A stretch of DNA of 60,978 nucleotides, the filler included, from Sphacelaria rigidula (Eukaryota): NCBI GenBank assembly GCA_964200075.2. It is 8 parts of 8 records of this genome, joined end to end, with 100 filler letters (N's around TTAATTAATTAA, not from the genome) between each part and the next. Parts side by side here need not be neighbours in the genome. Positions count along the whole stretch, not along the records: positions 7,637 to 15,171 come from CAXNAA020014456.1; positions 15,272 to 22,806 come from CAXNAA020014457.1; positions 22,907 to 30,441 come from CAXNAA020014458.1; 5 more parts are not named here. The stretch is one strand, 5' to 3'. Numbering within the stretch: position 1 is the stretch's first letter; every line of letters starts with the position of its first letter. This document shows, piece after piece, positions 12,694-24,222 of this stretch. The notes beneath the pieces were generated by a model that did not search any database, was not told the origin of the DNA, and was given only the letters and a program-made list of their open reading frames with translations. The translations under genes and the position numbers were made by a program.

Positions 12694-13310
12694 ATGAGGC
12701 AGTGTGTAAGCTCTCTGGAAGTTGCGATACCGAAGAAAAAAGCAACTCAATGGAGGCTGTCATCCAAATGCAAGATAATCAATGGGCTTTGGGCCGAACA
12801 ATCGTAGCAGGATGCAGCTCAGCCTTCATGCGACTCGCCGACCACACCACGGTGGTTCGCGCTTGGTGATTGATTGCGAGCCTGGTCCTACGAAAATCCG
12901 GCGTGCTCCGTCCTTGCTTGGTGGGGATGCGAGGCCACTGGTTATATGATTATGGCGTGCCAGATCATGAGTACATCCCCCCTCCCGTCCTGATTATGAG
13001 GCCGTGTGTAAGCCACGACTGTCTATCGAAGTGGCGATACCAGAGAATAAAGCAACTCGTTGTAGGCTGTCATTCATATGCAAGATAATCAGTCCGCTTC
13101 AGGCCGAACTGTTTTGAGCAGGATGCAGCTTAGCTTTTCACGCGACTCGCTAAACACATCACGGCGCTTCGCGCTTGGTGATTGGTTGCGAGCCTGGTCC
13201 AGCGAAAACCCGGCGTGCTCCGTCCCGGCTTTGTAGAGATGCGAGGTCAATGGTCATACATAAGTACGGCATGCAATATCATGAGTACTTCCCCCCCCCC
13301 TCCCCCGCCC
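12694..13310 (+). repeat. Tandem pair of ~300-bp repeat units, each ending in CATGAGTAC + C-run
   Basis: Units 12694-12987 and 12996-13310 align throughout (ATGAGGC.GTGTGTAAGC...ATGCAAGATAATCA...GCAGGATGCAGCT...TTCGCGCTTGGTGATTG.TTGCGAGCCTGGTCC...CATGAGTAC). Confidence 0.9.
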
Positions 13311-15076
13311 ATTCAGACGACGGCCGAAAATGACGGAAACAGTATGATTGCCTCTGTAGGCAGCTGCGTTAGCTGCAAGGGTGATTGTCGAGATGTACAG
13401 TAAGTACACAGATAACTGGTTAGGTGGAGTGATCTTTTCCCGCACACGCTCCCCCATGGGATGCCGCGCGGTCTCCAGGCGACTCCAAAACTCGATCGCT
13501 TCAATAGTGTTGTCCGACCCTTTGATCTCCAACATCATTTCGGAACAGTATCACCCTTTCATCGCGAGCATCGTTTCGGAGCAGTTTCACCGGCTTGTAG
13601 TCTATGGGTGTCGATATTATCGATGGGACGGGGTGTGTGTGCAGATTTTCTGACCGCCAGCGAGTGCTTCCCAGATTGTCCATGCGTATTTACGGGAAAT
13701 TTCTCAGTCGGGAAGCAGGCCCTAAGAGGGTTGGGGTGACAAGTTTGATGGTTTTGATTGGTGAAATGAACCCATTAAGCTCTCCTACAAGTCGTCCAGT
13801 ATCGCCCACCCGGAGGTGAAGCTGTATTTTGCAATTCTACCATCAACTTTAAACGTCCACGTAAACGATGGTGTAGATTGCTCTCTGCACAATAATTGTC
13901 CCATACCCGACCTACGTCTCTTGTATCAAGAGCTGCGCGTCGTTGTCTGTGTAACATTGACTAAAAATAGAACCAGAGTATGCTGTATTGTGTGCAGTGA
14001 AGAGCGAGTGCGCTTTCTGTACTACTTCACTTCTCGTCATATCCAGCCGTTAATGGAAACGGTCAGCCTGTACGGTACAGCAGTAGCGCGGTACCATAAG
14101 AGTACGCAGTTGAGATGTGGCATGCACTGGATAATCCAAACATGCGGGAAAGTGCGTTGAAAGCGCCAAGACTGCTATAGCAACGCGGAGAGTATGCTGC
14201 CCGAGTATGCCATTGCAGAGGTGGTAGCCAGCGTACACCACTTTTGTTTGCGCATGACAACATGTACCGCCTACTCAGCATACCAAAATGTACACCCACG
14301 TGACTTGGCCGGGACAAACAGTCACGGGTCCTCATGTACTAAATTCCATACAACACTCAACATACGCCTGTTGAGATAAGCTGACATATTTTCACACCCT
14401 GGACAGGGGCAATGGACTGCGTGGTCAAAAAGTGTACGGCATATAGCATCGGCTACTGCGTCTATCGCAATAGACGATGGATTCTATACTCTACGTAGCA
14501 CACTTCTAGACAATGTAATATTCGTCAGGGTGTACATATCGTGCCACTTGAAAAACAAGGTATTCCGAAGCCAGCTTTCACCCTGGATGATCTCGGTGGC
14601 GCTGGATGTCAAAGAGTCGATCCTCGCATCACTTCGACGTATCTGACTCGCGATCAATAGGGTCAATTTCTTGAATACAGGATCTTGCCTCGCTCCGAGT
14701 CCCGTAACATGCTCTCGACACGTGAACCAACTTCAGTATCACGGGACACTACGTCTGGCAATCAAATCACTAGGATTCAGAGTATCATTTCTACGAGAGT
14801 AGTGGGAAGAAACCGGGTTCGAATCACAGCCTCCCCCCGCCCCCCCCTCCCCTCCTCTCCTCCAATGTTGGACTTGAAATAAAATATTGGATGTGGCGCA
14901 GAGAGTGGGAAACATGCCACCCCTGTTGGCACCCAAAGGACGATATCTCCGTTGTACTGTATCTGGTCACTGCGCATCACTTCGTTTTTCATGGATCAAT
15001 CTTACACTGTAGATATTTCACAATGCGTCCCCAGCGAGGAGTTCGGTCCTTCAGCGATTCATGAGGTGGACGTCAG

Positions 15077-15171
15077 ACACTTTCTACGATGGCCCCCCCC
15101 AAAACCAGCTAAAAGTGTCACGAAAAAATAGCCATACAGCGCCTGATGTTCGGGTTCAGGCTGCATGAAGC
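15077..15171 (+). mobile_element. Terminus of a repeat family starting GACACTTTCTRCGAT (also 22514-22740, 45637-45710, inverted ~25790-25965)
   Basis: Shared GACACTTTCTRCGATRGCCCCC..CCAAAACCAGCYAAAA.TGTCAC with different 5' flanks. The 45637 copy interrupts a Gypsy pol. Confidence 0.8.
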
Positions 15172-16112
15172 NNNNNNNNNNNNNNNNNNNNNNNNNNNNN
15201 NNNNNNNNNNNNNNNTTAATTAATTAANNNNNNNNNNNNNNNNNNNNNNNNNNNNNNNNNNNNNNNNNNNNGAATGTTCTGGGGTATGGGGGAAGGGTGA
15301 GGGCGTGGGGAGGGCGGGGGGGTGGGGGGGGGGGGGGGGGGGGGGGGGGGAGAGGGAGGGGCTCCGTGTCCGAAAATATTATCTCGACAGACCCTTGGTG
15401 TACATGCAAATTGAACCACGTGCGTACGGAGTGAAGTGGAGTTTTGAACTTATGCATGGGCGGCCTGATTCCGCGTTGCGTGTCACCGTTAACCATGAAC
15501 TGTTGATAGGCCCTCCCACATGCTCTCGTTTTGCAACTTGTTTCACGCAGTGCAGAGGGCACGGATGGGATGATGAATGATACAATGTGCCATACAGTTC
15601 GACTCCACTCAGTACCATGTGTCCAACTTGTACGTTGTCTGTGTAGGAAAACAAACCGGGAACATGATTGAAATGATGATGTACAGAGAGGACGCCACAG
15701 CGACCGCCTTTCGCATCATAATGACTGCTACTACATATGCAGAATATCTACACGAAGTATTGTTGTATTGAACACTCTCATCCATGTTCGTGACCACTGC
15801 TACCAGCATCCCGCGCAGCATTCAAAAACAAGATTGGTACAACGACCTGGCTGTATCTTTGCAGAGGTCGTATCAAGATTTTTCTTTTTCTTTTTTACAT
15901 TCGAAACTGATCTCACCCGATTGACGCACATGAAGTTCCAGGAGGGTACTATCTGTTCCAGCACAGAAAATACAAAGCTAGGGTACAGTCAGTGCAGAGT
16001 GAAACAGTATACAGACAGATGGTAGAGTACACCTGCTCCGCACACAGCTGAATACTACATACCGATATCTCCTCATCAGCGCATCAACACCCAAATGTTG
16101 GTACCATTGCAG

Positions 16113-19100
16113 GCGCATACCAACGTCCGCGACGTGTTGGCACCGCTGTTCTGCAATGGCCGTTCTTTCGCCAACCTCATAGACGAACTGAGTCGGCACT
16201 TCAAACTTGAGCCGCACGGGAGGCTTCACATGGGGGGTCACGGCGGCGGGTATCACAGCCCGGGGGCACACCACGATGCCGACGACGACATGGTCATGGA
16301 GGCCAGCAGTGAGAGTCAGAGCACAGACAGCGAAGCCGAGGTGGGTGCCGTGGGTCTGGATGGCGGAAGAGACAGGGGAGGGGAGAAGAAAGCCCGTGGA
16401 CGTAGTCAGTATTGGTTTGTTTTCCTTTTCGGATTTTGTTGCGGCAACACTCTTGTTTGTATCGGTTGTACTATACTCTGTACCACCCTCCTAAATCGGC
16501 GTTTTCGAATTACCGTACTGTCCTCTTGTGTTGTAGTCCTCGAACCAGAGCGGGCAACAAATCGCAAATTTGCGACGCACTGCCGCTCAATAAGTGCAAA
16601 GGCAAGATAGTACGGTAACCCATAGTGCAACACACCCGTCACGATGACGAGTGGAGAACAGCACGGTGCCGCGCATAGTACAGTGCGGCGCTGGGTGTGA
16701 CGGGACAGGACCCCTGCTCGTGGGTATGGTATGGTGAGAATATATCAGTACAAGTAAACTGAAGACAGTACAAAACAGCACCGTGCATGTGGGGTGATGC
16801 TCGGTGTCCGCGACAGCACATGTCTCCTTGCCAGCACCCGGCGTGTCGCTCATCTTGTGGTTAGTATCAGGCCTTGCTGTTCGATGAGTTGGCGACAAAT
16901 GCACATGCCTGGATTGCGTACACTGTCTCACCAGGGGTGTTGTGTTTATGTCACCGAAATTGGGGATGGAGAGTGAAATCAATGACAGGTTTTCGTCTTG
17001 TAGGGACATTTGAATTGGAGAATTTGCACCAATTTGAATTTTTGTTGCCGACACAACTGGAACTCCCCCCTGGATAATGATCGATCCTTCCGACAAACCC
17101 GTTTTCGCACCCACCATATCCACCCCGTACCGGGCAGTGCGTGTAAGATACCGCTTCACTCATCCCATTTTTTTGTCCTGTGTGTAGAGGGTGTGATACT
17201 TTTCGAGAAGCTGAACTGCAGGTCTCTCATCCCGCACCATCGCCGTTCGGATTCTGCACATAGCACTTTCGCTGTTCGAAAAAGCTGCTATTTCACCACA
17301 GTACACCACGTACAGTTTACCCGAACAGCGCAACAGGCCATCGTTTGCTATTTCGTTGTGCGCTTGTCGGCTCATTTGTATCCCACCACTAGGGCAACAT
17401 CAGCGACGAGGCGGACGACCGCCTTGTCCAGGCGCGTCTGACCGCCCAGGCTCGCTCTACGCGCACTCATCAACGAATAGCAACACCGACAACACCCACA
17501 GAATCACAAGGAAACAGCGAGGGCAACGCGGCAATGACCACCGAAAATGCCGGGTACGCCCAAGAAAAATCTCGGGGGCGGCAACAACACCCGCCGCCGC
17601 CATTAGACGCCCACGCCTCCTCCGCCTCCTCTTACGCCGGGGACGATGACGATGAGTGCATCCCCCCTCCGATATCGTCAACAACACCAGCAATGCCGTC
17701 TTGCATGCCGCCGCGTCGTCGTGGGCTGGGGCGGACGAAGAGACCTGACTCGGCCGTGGCCGACTGTAGCACACGAGCAGCAGCGGAAACAGCAGCGACG
17801 GCGCAGACATCGCCTACAGCCTCTACCAAACACCATCATCGCCAAGGCCGTCACGGCTCCCCCCACCAACACCTACACCAAAATGCGACGACTCTTGGCA
17901 CCGCCGTTCCCCCGGTGAACAACATACCCTCGTGCTTCCTTCCTCCCAGGGGAAAAGGCGCTGGCCGTGGAGGAAGCAAGGGCGGAAAGCCTAGTGCTGC
18001 TGGTGGTACCACTCCCTCGATGCTCAGCGCAGGCGACGGTGGTGTTGGCGAGGATGTGGCGCCGGCCGGAGCAGGGGCGGGAGGGGGGGGCGGGCTTAGT
18101 GGTCGTAGTAGTAGTAGCAGCAAGGCGACGGTCCGCGGGGACGCCTTGACGGTGATGTCTGTCGCGGCCAATTCAGATGGGTGGAGTGAGGCCGTGGGGG
18201 CAGCGTTGGCCACGAGGGCGCGGGCGGGGTATGTATCCGCGCAGGAGGTTGACCCGGACAGCCCACTGAGCACGGAGTTCGTGAGGGAAGAATTTACGGA
18301 CGAGAGATCGGGAACTCGAAAAGTGAGTTAAAAAGGGGAGCGTGTCCTCATTTGTATGGTGAAGGCCTGTGTTCGGGAACACACGGGAGTGCGTGCGGTC
18401 GCTGACCATTTTTGTGTCGATTGCACATCCTCTTGTCGATTGTTCCCAGCTCTCTTGTCACTCTTTGTTTTTCGCTGTGCCCTGTCCCACTCACCAGGCT
18501 CTCGAGGTTCGCCTGCGCCTCATCCCCGCCTCCCAGAAGGTTCTGCTTTGCAGCGCATGGGTGGACTCTGGCGAATATTTGGCTGCGGCGGCGAAACTTG
18601 TAGCGCGGTGCCAGGCCGAAGTGTTCGGGATAGCATGTGTGCGTTTCGAGCAAAATCCCAGGTGTGCCCCGCTACTTATAGTGTCAACACTTTGTTGCTG
18701 GCATGAAATAGTTTCGAATGACCCATTTTGGTACCGTCTTCTCTATGTAGGGTGTCCCGCGCTGCTTCCTTCTCCCAAGACATGTATCCTACTATTCGTC
18801 ACCTCTCTTATCTCCTACTCCGTTTGTTACCGTGAAATATTGTACTTTTTTTCTTCTCCAACTCCAAATCTGACCCCAACCGTTTTGTGCTACTGCGCTT
18901 TCCTGCCTGCCAGCACCCAGGGCCTTGTCGACCGCTTCAACCTCTTTGCAAAGTCGATGCCCAAGGGGTCTGTCCCCAGTCTGAACATGGGCATGAAGAG
19001 CTGCATACCCGCTTCCCTCACCAAGGGGTGTCACGGTTATACGTACAGGTGAGTACACGACATGCGTGTGCCCCGAATACTCGTACCCAGCTTGATTTCC

Positions 19101-22100
19101 TCGCTGCCCTGCTTAGTGGTGAACTCCGACAACTATAGTATGTGACCGGAAGTACTGCTGCCTGCTCTGGCGGCTTGCTTTGATCATCCGTCGAGCACGC
19201 ACCATGCGCGAGATGCGGCGGGCCGAAGCACTCATGTTTCGCGCCTCGTCGTTGAACGTTCTACATCGTCGGCTACAGCGTCCATGGGTAGAACCCCCCG
19301 TGACTTCGTTGTTGATGATGACAATGCTATCGTTGTTTGCCACTTGTCGCGAACTGAGAAGACGATTTTGTCTCCTTCGATGTAGGATCCGTGAGCGTGA
19401 GGCGTATCTGTGTTCCCAAGGAAAAATTTAAACCTGATTCAAGCGTGCACAAGCTGTGTCATATTCACCGAAATACCCCCCCCCCTATGCATCTCTTGGT
19501 TTGTTGAACATGGAATAAACAATGTGGTAACAAGTCGCTTTCCCTTGGCGCGGTTTTGTTATTTTGCGCGTGGTGCGACCCCGCTCGACAACCGACCGTT
19601 CTCGTTCACAGCCGTGGGGGTACTACGGCCATCAGCGCGCAGGTCTTCGATGGAAGTCACGGGAACGGACAAGGCGCAGGCGCCCACGCAGCCACCGGCA
19701 GTATCACCGCGAACTACGCCGGCAGGGTTGCCGACCCGAGGCAAGAGCGCTCAAGGAAACGAAGGCGAAGCAGAGAAAGCGCCATCGACAGCTGTGGGTC
19801 TCAATCTCCCGATCGCTCGCCCCCGCCAGAAGAACCGGAAACAGATGAGGCGAAAGGCGGGTTGCCCGCGGGAGCGGCAGCCGATGAAGCTTCTGCCGGG
19901 GAAGAGTTGACGGGTCCCGGAAGCGGTGGCTCGCCCGCGGGGAAGCGTTTCGGGGGGGAGGGAGGGAGCGGGCTGGCTGGCAGCGGCGGTGGCGGTAGCA
20001 GTGGGGGTGTAGATATTGGGGGAGCGCCGCTGATGGACGGGGTGCTGTTCAGCGTGGAGGAGGGAGACTACGCCGCGGACTCTGAGCGGAGCACCGACCA
20101 CGAACCGACGCAAAGGTACGGCAACAGTGGCGGCGATGCCCGGGAGAGCGATGAGCAAGAACAGTCGGAAAGGGAGAGAGAGATAGCCCGGCGAGGGAGG
20201 GGTCGACGGCGAGGGAACGGAAACAAAAGTAGCACTGGCGATGACACAACCGGGGCCTCCGGGTCTGGGGTTGAAAGCAGCGGGCGTCGTACACGGGGGA
20301 GAAACGCACCACGCAGCGCTCGCGGAGGCGGAGGCGTCAGTACGTCTGGCGGCCGAGCCTCCACTTCCGAGGGTACCCTGTACCGAGGCGGTCGGAGTAG
20401 ATCCAGGCAAAACAGTGACGACGAAGAGCTGGTAACATCACGACGCGGCGGTTCAACGCCCAAGCGCCGTCGGGTCAGCGGTGCTAGCGGTGGTGGCCGA
20501 CGAGTGGGAAGCCGGGGGGGCGCTTCTGGGGGAGAGGAAGACACGCCGGCGGGTCGCCAGTCGAGATCGAAACATGAGGTCATCCGATCCAGCCGGGACA
20601 CCACGTTCGTGTCTACTGGTGGTGGTAGTAGTAGGGGAGGTTTACGCGATGACAGCCACATGGATGTTACTATCGCCCTTGGTGGCGCGGAGGACGAGCC
20701 CGAGATTCCTCAGGACGAGAGAGGGTGTGTCAAAGCGGACGAGGTTGAATGCAAGCCCAAGCGAATAGGACAGCTCAGCATGATGTCGCGCGGACAGCAG
20801 CAGGAGAAGCACCACAACCACCACCATCACCACCACAATTCCCCGCCGCAAGGCAACAGCGGTGGGGGCGATCATGCGGCCGCTGTCCCCGGCGGTGGTC
20901 AGCAGGGAATGTTCAATGTCGGCGTGTCGAGCCTCTCTGCGCAGTCGCCAAAGAAGCACGAAGATGGCCGCGATAACGCGAACAGCTGCACTAGCTATGC
21001 TTCTGCCGTTGCTGGTTGCGAGCCAGAAACAATTGCCGACCCAGGAGGGGCACGAGCGAAACCGAGAGGTGAATTGAAAGGCGCAAGCCACGGCGTCATG
21101 ACCAATAGTGATGTTGACGACAGCAGTTGTGCAAGGGTGGGCGGCGGTCACGATGGTAGCGGCACGAGCAGCAGCGTCACCGGGAACGACTCAACTCTCG
21201 CTGTGGCGGCGCCCAACACTCCGGGGGGAGTGGTACCTTGGCATCACACAAGCGTGTACGAGGCAAACGATCCGACGGAGGACCGGCACGTGGAGCTTGT
21301 CGATGAGGCCCTCGGGGTGCGGATATACTGCGTGTGCGACGGCCACGGCGGCAGCCGGGCGGCGCAGTTCGTGTGCGACAACCTTGCGAAGGACGTCTTG
21401 GCGCAGGTTGAGGAGATGGCGGGGGTAGCAACACCTCCTCGTCGAGGTCGGCGCGCCACCGCGAGCGCGAGCGCCGGCACCGGTACCGGCAGCAGTGGCG
21501 ATATTTGGGCCAAGGGTGTAGACGACGAGGCAGTTCGGCGGTTGCTGAGTGACGCGTTCTCGTCTTGTGACCAGCGGTTCATCGCACAGCTGGACCCGAA
21601 GAAGAACCGAGGTTACATTAACGCTGGCTGCTGTGTTGTCCTCGCGCTTCTCATCCGCTCGAGACTATTCGTGGCTCACGTCGGTGACTGCCGGGCCGTA
21701 CTCGGCACTACTGATGCCACGCGGTTTCCTGCGGAGATCACTTCGCTGGCGGGCACGAAGCATGAGCGCGGGGTGTCTCAGGGACGTAAGGGTGGCAGCG
21801 CCGCGCAGAGCAAGGCAGGGGCTCCCGCAACCTCTCCCCCGTCCTCCCCCTGCCCTGGATCCGGTTCTAGCGGGGCCGAGATGGGAGAACTGGTGGCGGT
21901 CGCTCTATCGCGGGACCACAACTGCAACGATGAGGATGAGGTGTCTCTGGTGAGGGCCCGAAGCGCGGATGATAACGCCATCCGCGTCAGTCGAAATGAT
22001 GAGTGGAGAGGTGCGAGGGCCATCAAGCGCGTCGCCGGGTCGCTCGCCGTGACGAGAGCGATCGGAGACGCGTACCTCAAGGAGGCCGTGTTCAGCTTCA

Positions 22101-22111
22101 GTCCTTACAAG
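16113..22111 (+). CDS. Large PP2C/PPM-family protein phosphatase, partial; exons 16113-16340, 17393-18322, 18498-18661, 18914-19048, 19612-22111 (1319 codons)
   Basis: All four GT-AG introns have matching phases (0,0,2,2) and give an open frame. PP2C motifs in the last exon: ANDPTEDRH, VCDGHGG, GCCVVLALL, VAHVGDCRAVLG, LSRDHN, GSLAVTRAIGDAYLK. It ends at donor AAG|GTAAGG; the SDG and DN/DD motifs are not in this contig. Confidence 0.88.
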
Positions 22112-23091
22112 GTAAGGTGACTGAGCGCATGTTGCCGTAAAACCTTATGCCATTACCCTGTGGGGGAGGAAACGTATATCACTTGCCTCGTGGTGAAGTC
22201 GTGTTTGTCGTATCGTTCATAGTCTTGTTTTTTCGCTGCTGATGGATGAAAAAAAAACGGTTTTTATGGGGTATTCTATGTATATTTTTTTTGTCATCAA
22301 GAACGGAATACTTGGCGTTTCCACGCTCTCGACCAAGCCATAACGTTTCCGCAGTCGGCTCGATTGTGTCCTCCCAAGTACCCACCTCCGCCTACCACAA
22401 TTTCCAATACCCTCTCAGGACCGAAGGCCGAATGGGTAGGGCGACTTGGGTACAGAGTCAAGCCACAGGATGCCAAACGGAAGTTTACTGGGCGCAATTC
22501 CGAGACAGTCTAGGACACTTTCTGCGATAGCCCCCTCACCCCCCAAAACCAGCCAAAAACTGTCACAAACAGAGGGGTCATCCGGCGCCTGGTGTTTGGT
22601 TTCAGGCTGCATGAAGCGCCTCATATGGGCGACATTGGCGAAAACGAACCCAAGCGTGGGAATTCCCAGCTGCTCGTTGAGCTCGTTTTTTTCATTACGA
22701 TTTACGGGTAAATTTTGCCTCCCCAAACCAGGCACTTTTCTGGGGGGGGGGGGGGGGGGGGGGGGCGCGAAAGAGTGCCGGGGGGGGGGGGGGAAAACAC
22801 CCTCACNNNNNNNNNNNNNNNNNNNNNNNNNNNNNNNNNNNNNNNNNNNNTTAATTAATTAANNNNNNNNNNNNNNNNNNNNNNNNNNNNNNNNNNNNNN
22901 NNNNNNACTCACTTAAAGCGAATGATCAAAGCCACTCTCAATCGTATCATCTACTCTCAATCTCACGAAAACACTGTTATACACCGTCGTTCTCGCGTTC
23001 GGCGCAGCAACGCGCACACCACATTTCGGGACAGTCGGACAAGAAACTCGGCTTTCGTGTCGATTTTTGTTTCCACTTCCGAAAGCCGGTC

Positions 23092-23477
23092 GCTCCGGTG
23101 GCTCAGTTGGTAACTTCGGAACCTTCTAAACGGTCGAGGCGTGGGTTCGAAATCTCGGAGAAATAATACGATCCGGGATTTCTGCTCACATCACACCCAA
23201 CAGTGTGGAAAGCGACGATGTCGTGGGTACACAGAGTTCGACTTCACGATCGGTGAGGGAAAGGGACCGCTGACTCCTTCTCGAGATAACAAAAGGAAGG
23301 CAAGCTCCGCAGAAGGAAGGTGGAGGGCTTGAATAAAATAAAAAAGGTAAAAGTCCTGTGTTGACCCTCCCTCCTGTGTGACCCCGGCCGATGCACCCAT
23401 GTATACTGACATGTATAGACTGGCGTCCAGAATGGATGGCACGACAACACACGTACACACGTACACACACATACACA
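23092..23477 (+). mobile_element. tRNA-derived SINE (or tRNA pseudogene plus body)
   Basis: A box TGGCTCAGTTGG (23099), B box GGTTCGAAATC (23144), imperfect acceptor stem GCTCCGG/TCGGAGA, degenerate D and anticodon arms, and a CA-rich tail at ~23445-23477. Confidence 0.65.
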
Positions 23478-23794
23478 GTCCCCGAACTACAACCAGCAGC
23501 CCGTACTGGGGTGTGCCAACACAACGTAAAATGTAAAAGTGCTACAATAGCATGACCGATCAAAGGCCGTGGCGTACTCTTGATATATCTTCACGACGGT
23601 TGCAAAGAAACACATGTTTCGTGGCAGGTTTTGCTCGTCACGTAGACGCTGTTTCGTGTGTTTCGCTGGGATCAGCACGTAAAGTAATCTGTACTATGTA
23701 GGGTGAGAGCGCCGTCTGGGATAATGGTCCGAAATGAAATTCTGGGTCCAAAGGGTAAACACGATATCAAAATTCTGGTTGATCTGTTGTTCGA

Positions 23795-23905
23795 TCGATT
23801 GATTGATACATTGATTGCGGATCCCCCCAGGGGTTCAGCCGTGGTCACATGACAGACGTTACCGAGACAAGACAAAACTGAAACAATCGCTGAAAAAAAC
23901 TGGAA
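23795..23905 (-). repeat. LINE/SINE-like 3' end with (CAAT)n tail; related copies at ~50490-50610 (+), ~37905-38010 (+) and ~11915-11960 (+)
   Basis: Shared CATGTGACCAYGGCTG.A.CCCTGGGGGG...CAATCAATCAATC. Confidence 0.6.
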
Positions 23906-24019
23906 AACACACGAACGGTAGAACAAACGAGCAGAGTAGACTCAAAAAAATTGTCCGGGGGGTGTTTTTATTAATCGGTAGTGAAACTGGCGATAACTGA
24001 TAGCTCAGTGGTTCTTTTA

Positions 24020-24222
24020 GAGAGTTTCGGAAAACGCTTTTTGTTCATCTCAGAATACAAATATCTCAGGATCAGAGTGTAACGGAAAAATAGTTCCCCC
24101 TCCGTTAAATGTGGTTTCCCCTTGAATTTTTTTTCCGATGAGCTGTTCTTTTTCTGCTACTGCACTCTAATCCTGAGATATTTGCGTTCTGAAATGACAA
24201 AAATGCGTTCTCCGAAGCTCTC
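24020..24222. mobile_element. MITE with ~60-bp TIRs and GAGAG...CTCTC termini
   Basis: GAGAGTTTCGGAAAACGCTTTTTGTTCATCTCAGAATACAAATATCTCAGGATCAGAGTG pairs with CACTCTAATCCTGAGATATTTGCGTTCTGAAATGACAAAAATGCGTTCTCCGAAGCTCTC. Confidence 0.8.

Noticed and set aside
14480-14700. Minus-strand RHR...EYLV-KW chromodomain-like peptide
   Set aside because: It needs frameshifts and stops, and no adjacent integrase is visible.
7637-15171. Many short ORFs in contigs 2, 4 and 7
   Set aside because: No motifs, overlapping on both strands and lying in repeats; consistent with non-coding DNA.
17534-17536. ATG 17534 as the PP2C start codon
   Set aside because: The frame is open upstream to a good acceptor at 17392, which splices in phase to exon 16113-16340, so the true start is probably further 5'.
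23092-23161. Functional tRNA gene
   Set aside because: A and B boxes are present but the D and anticodon stems pair poorly, and it continues into a SINE-like body and tail.
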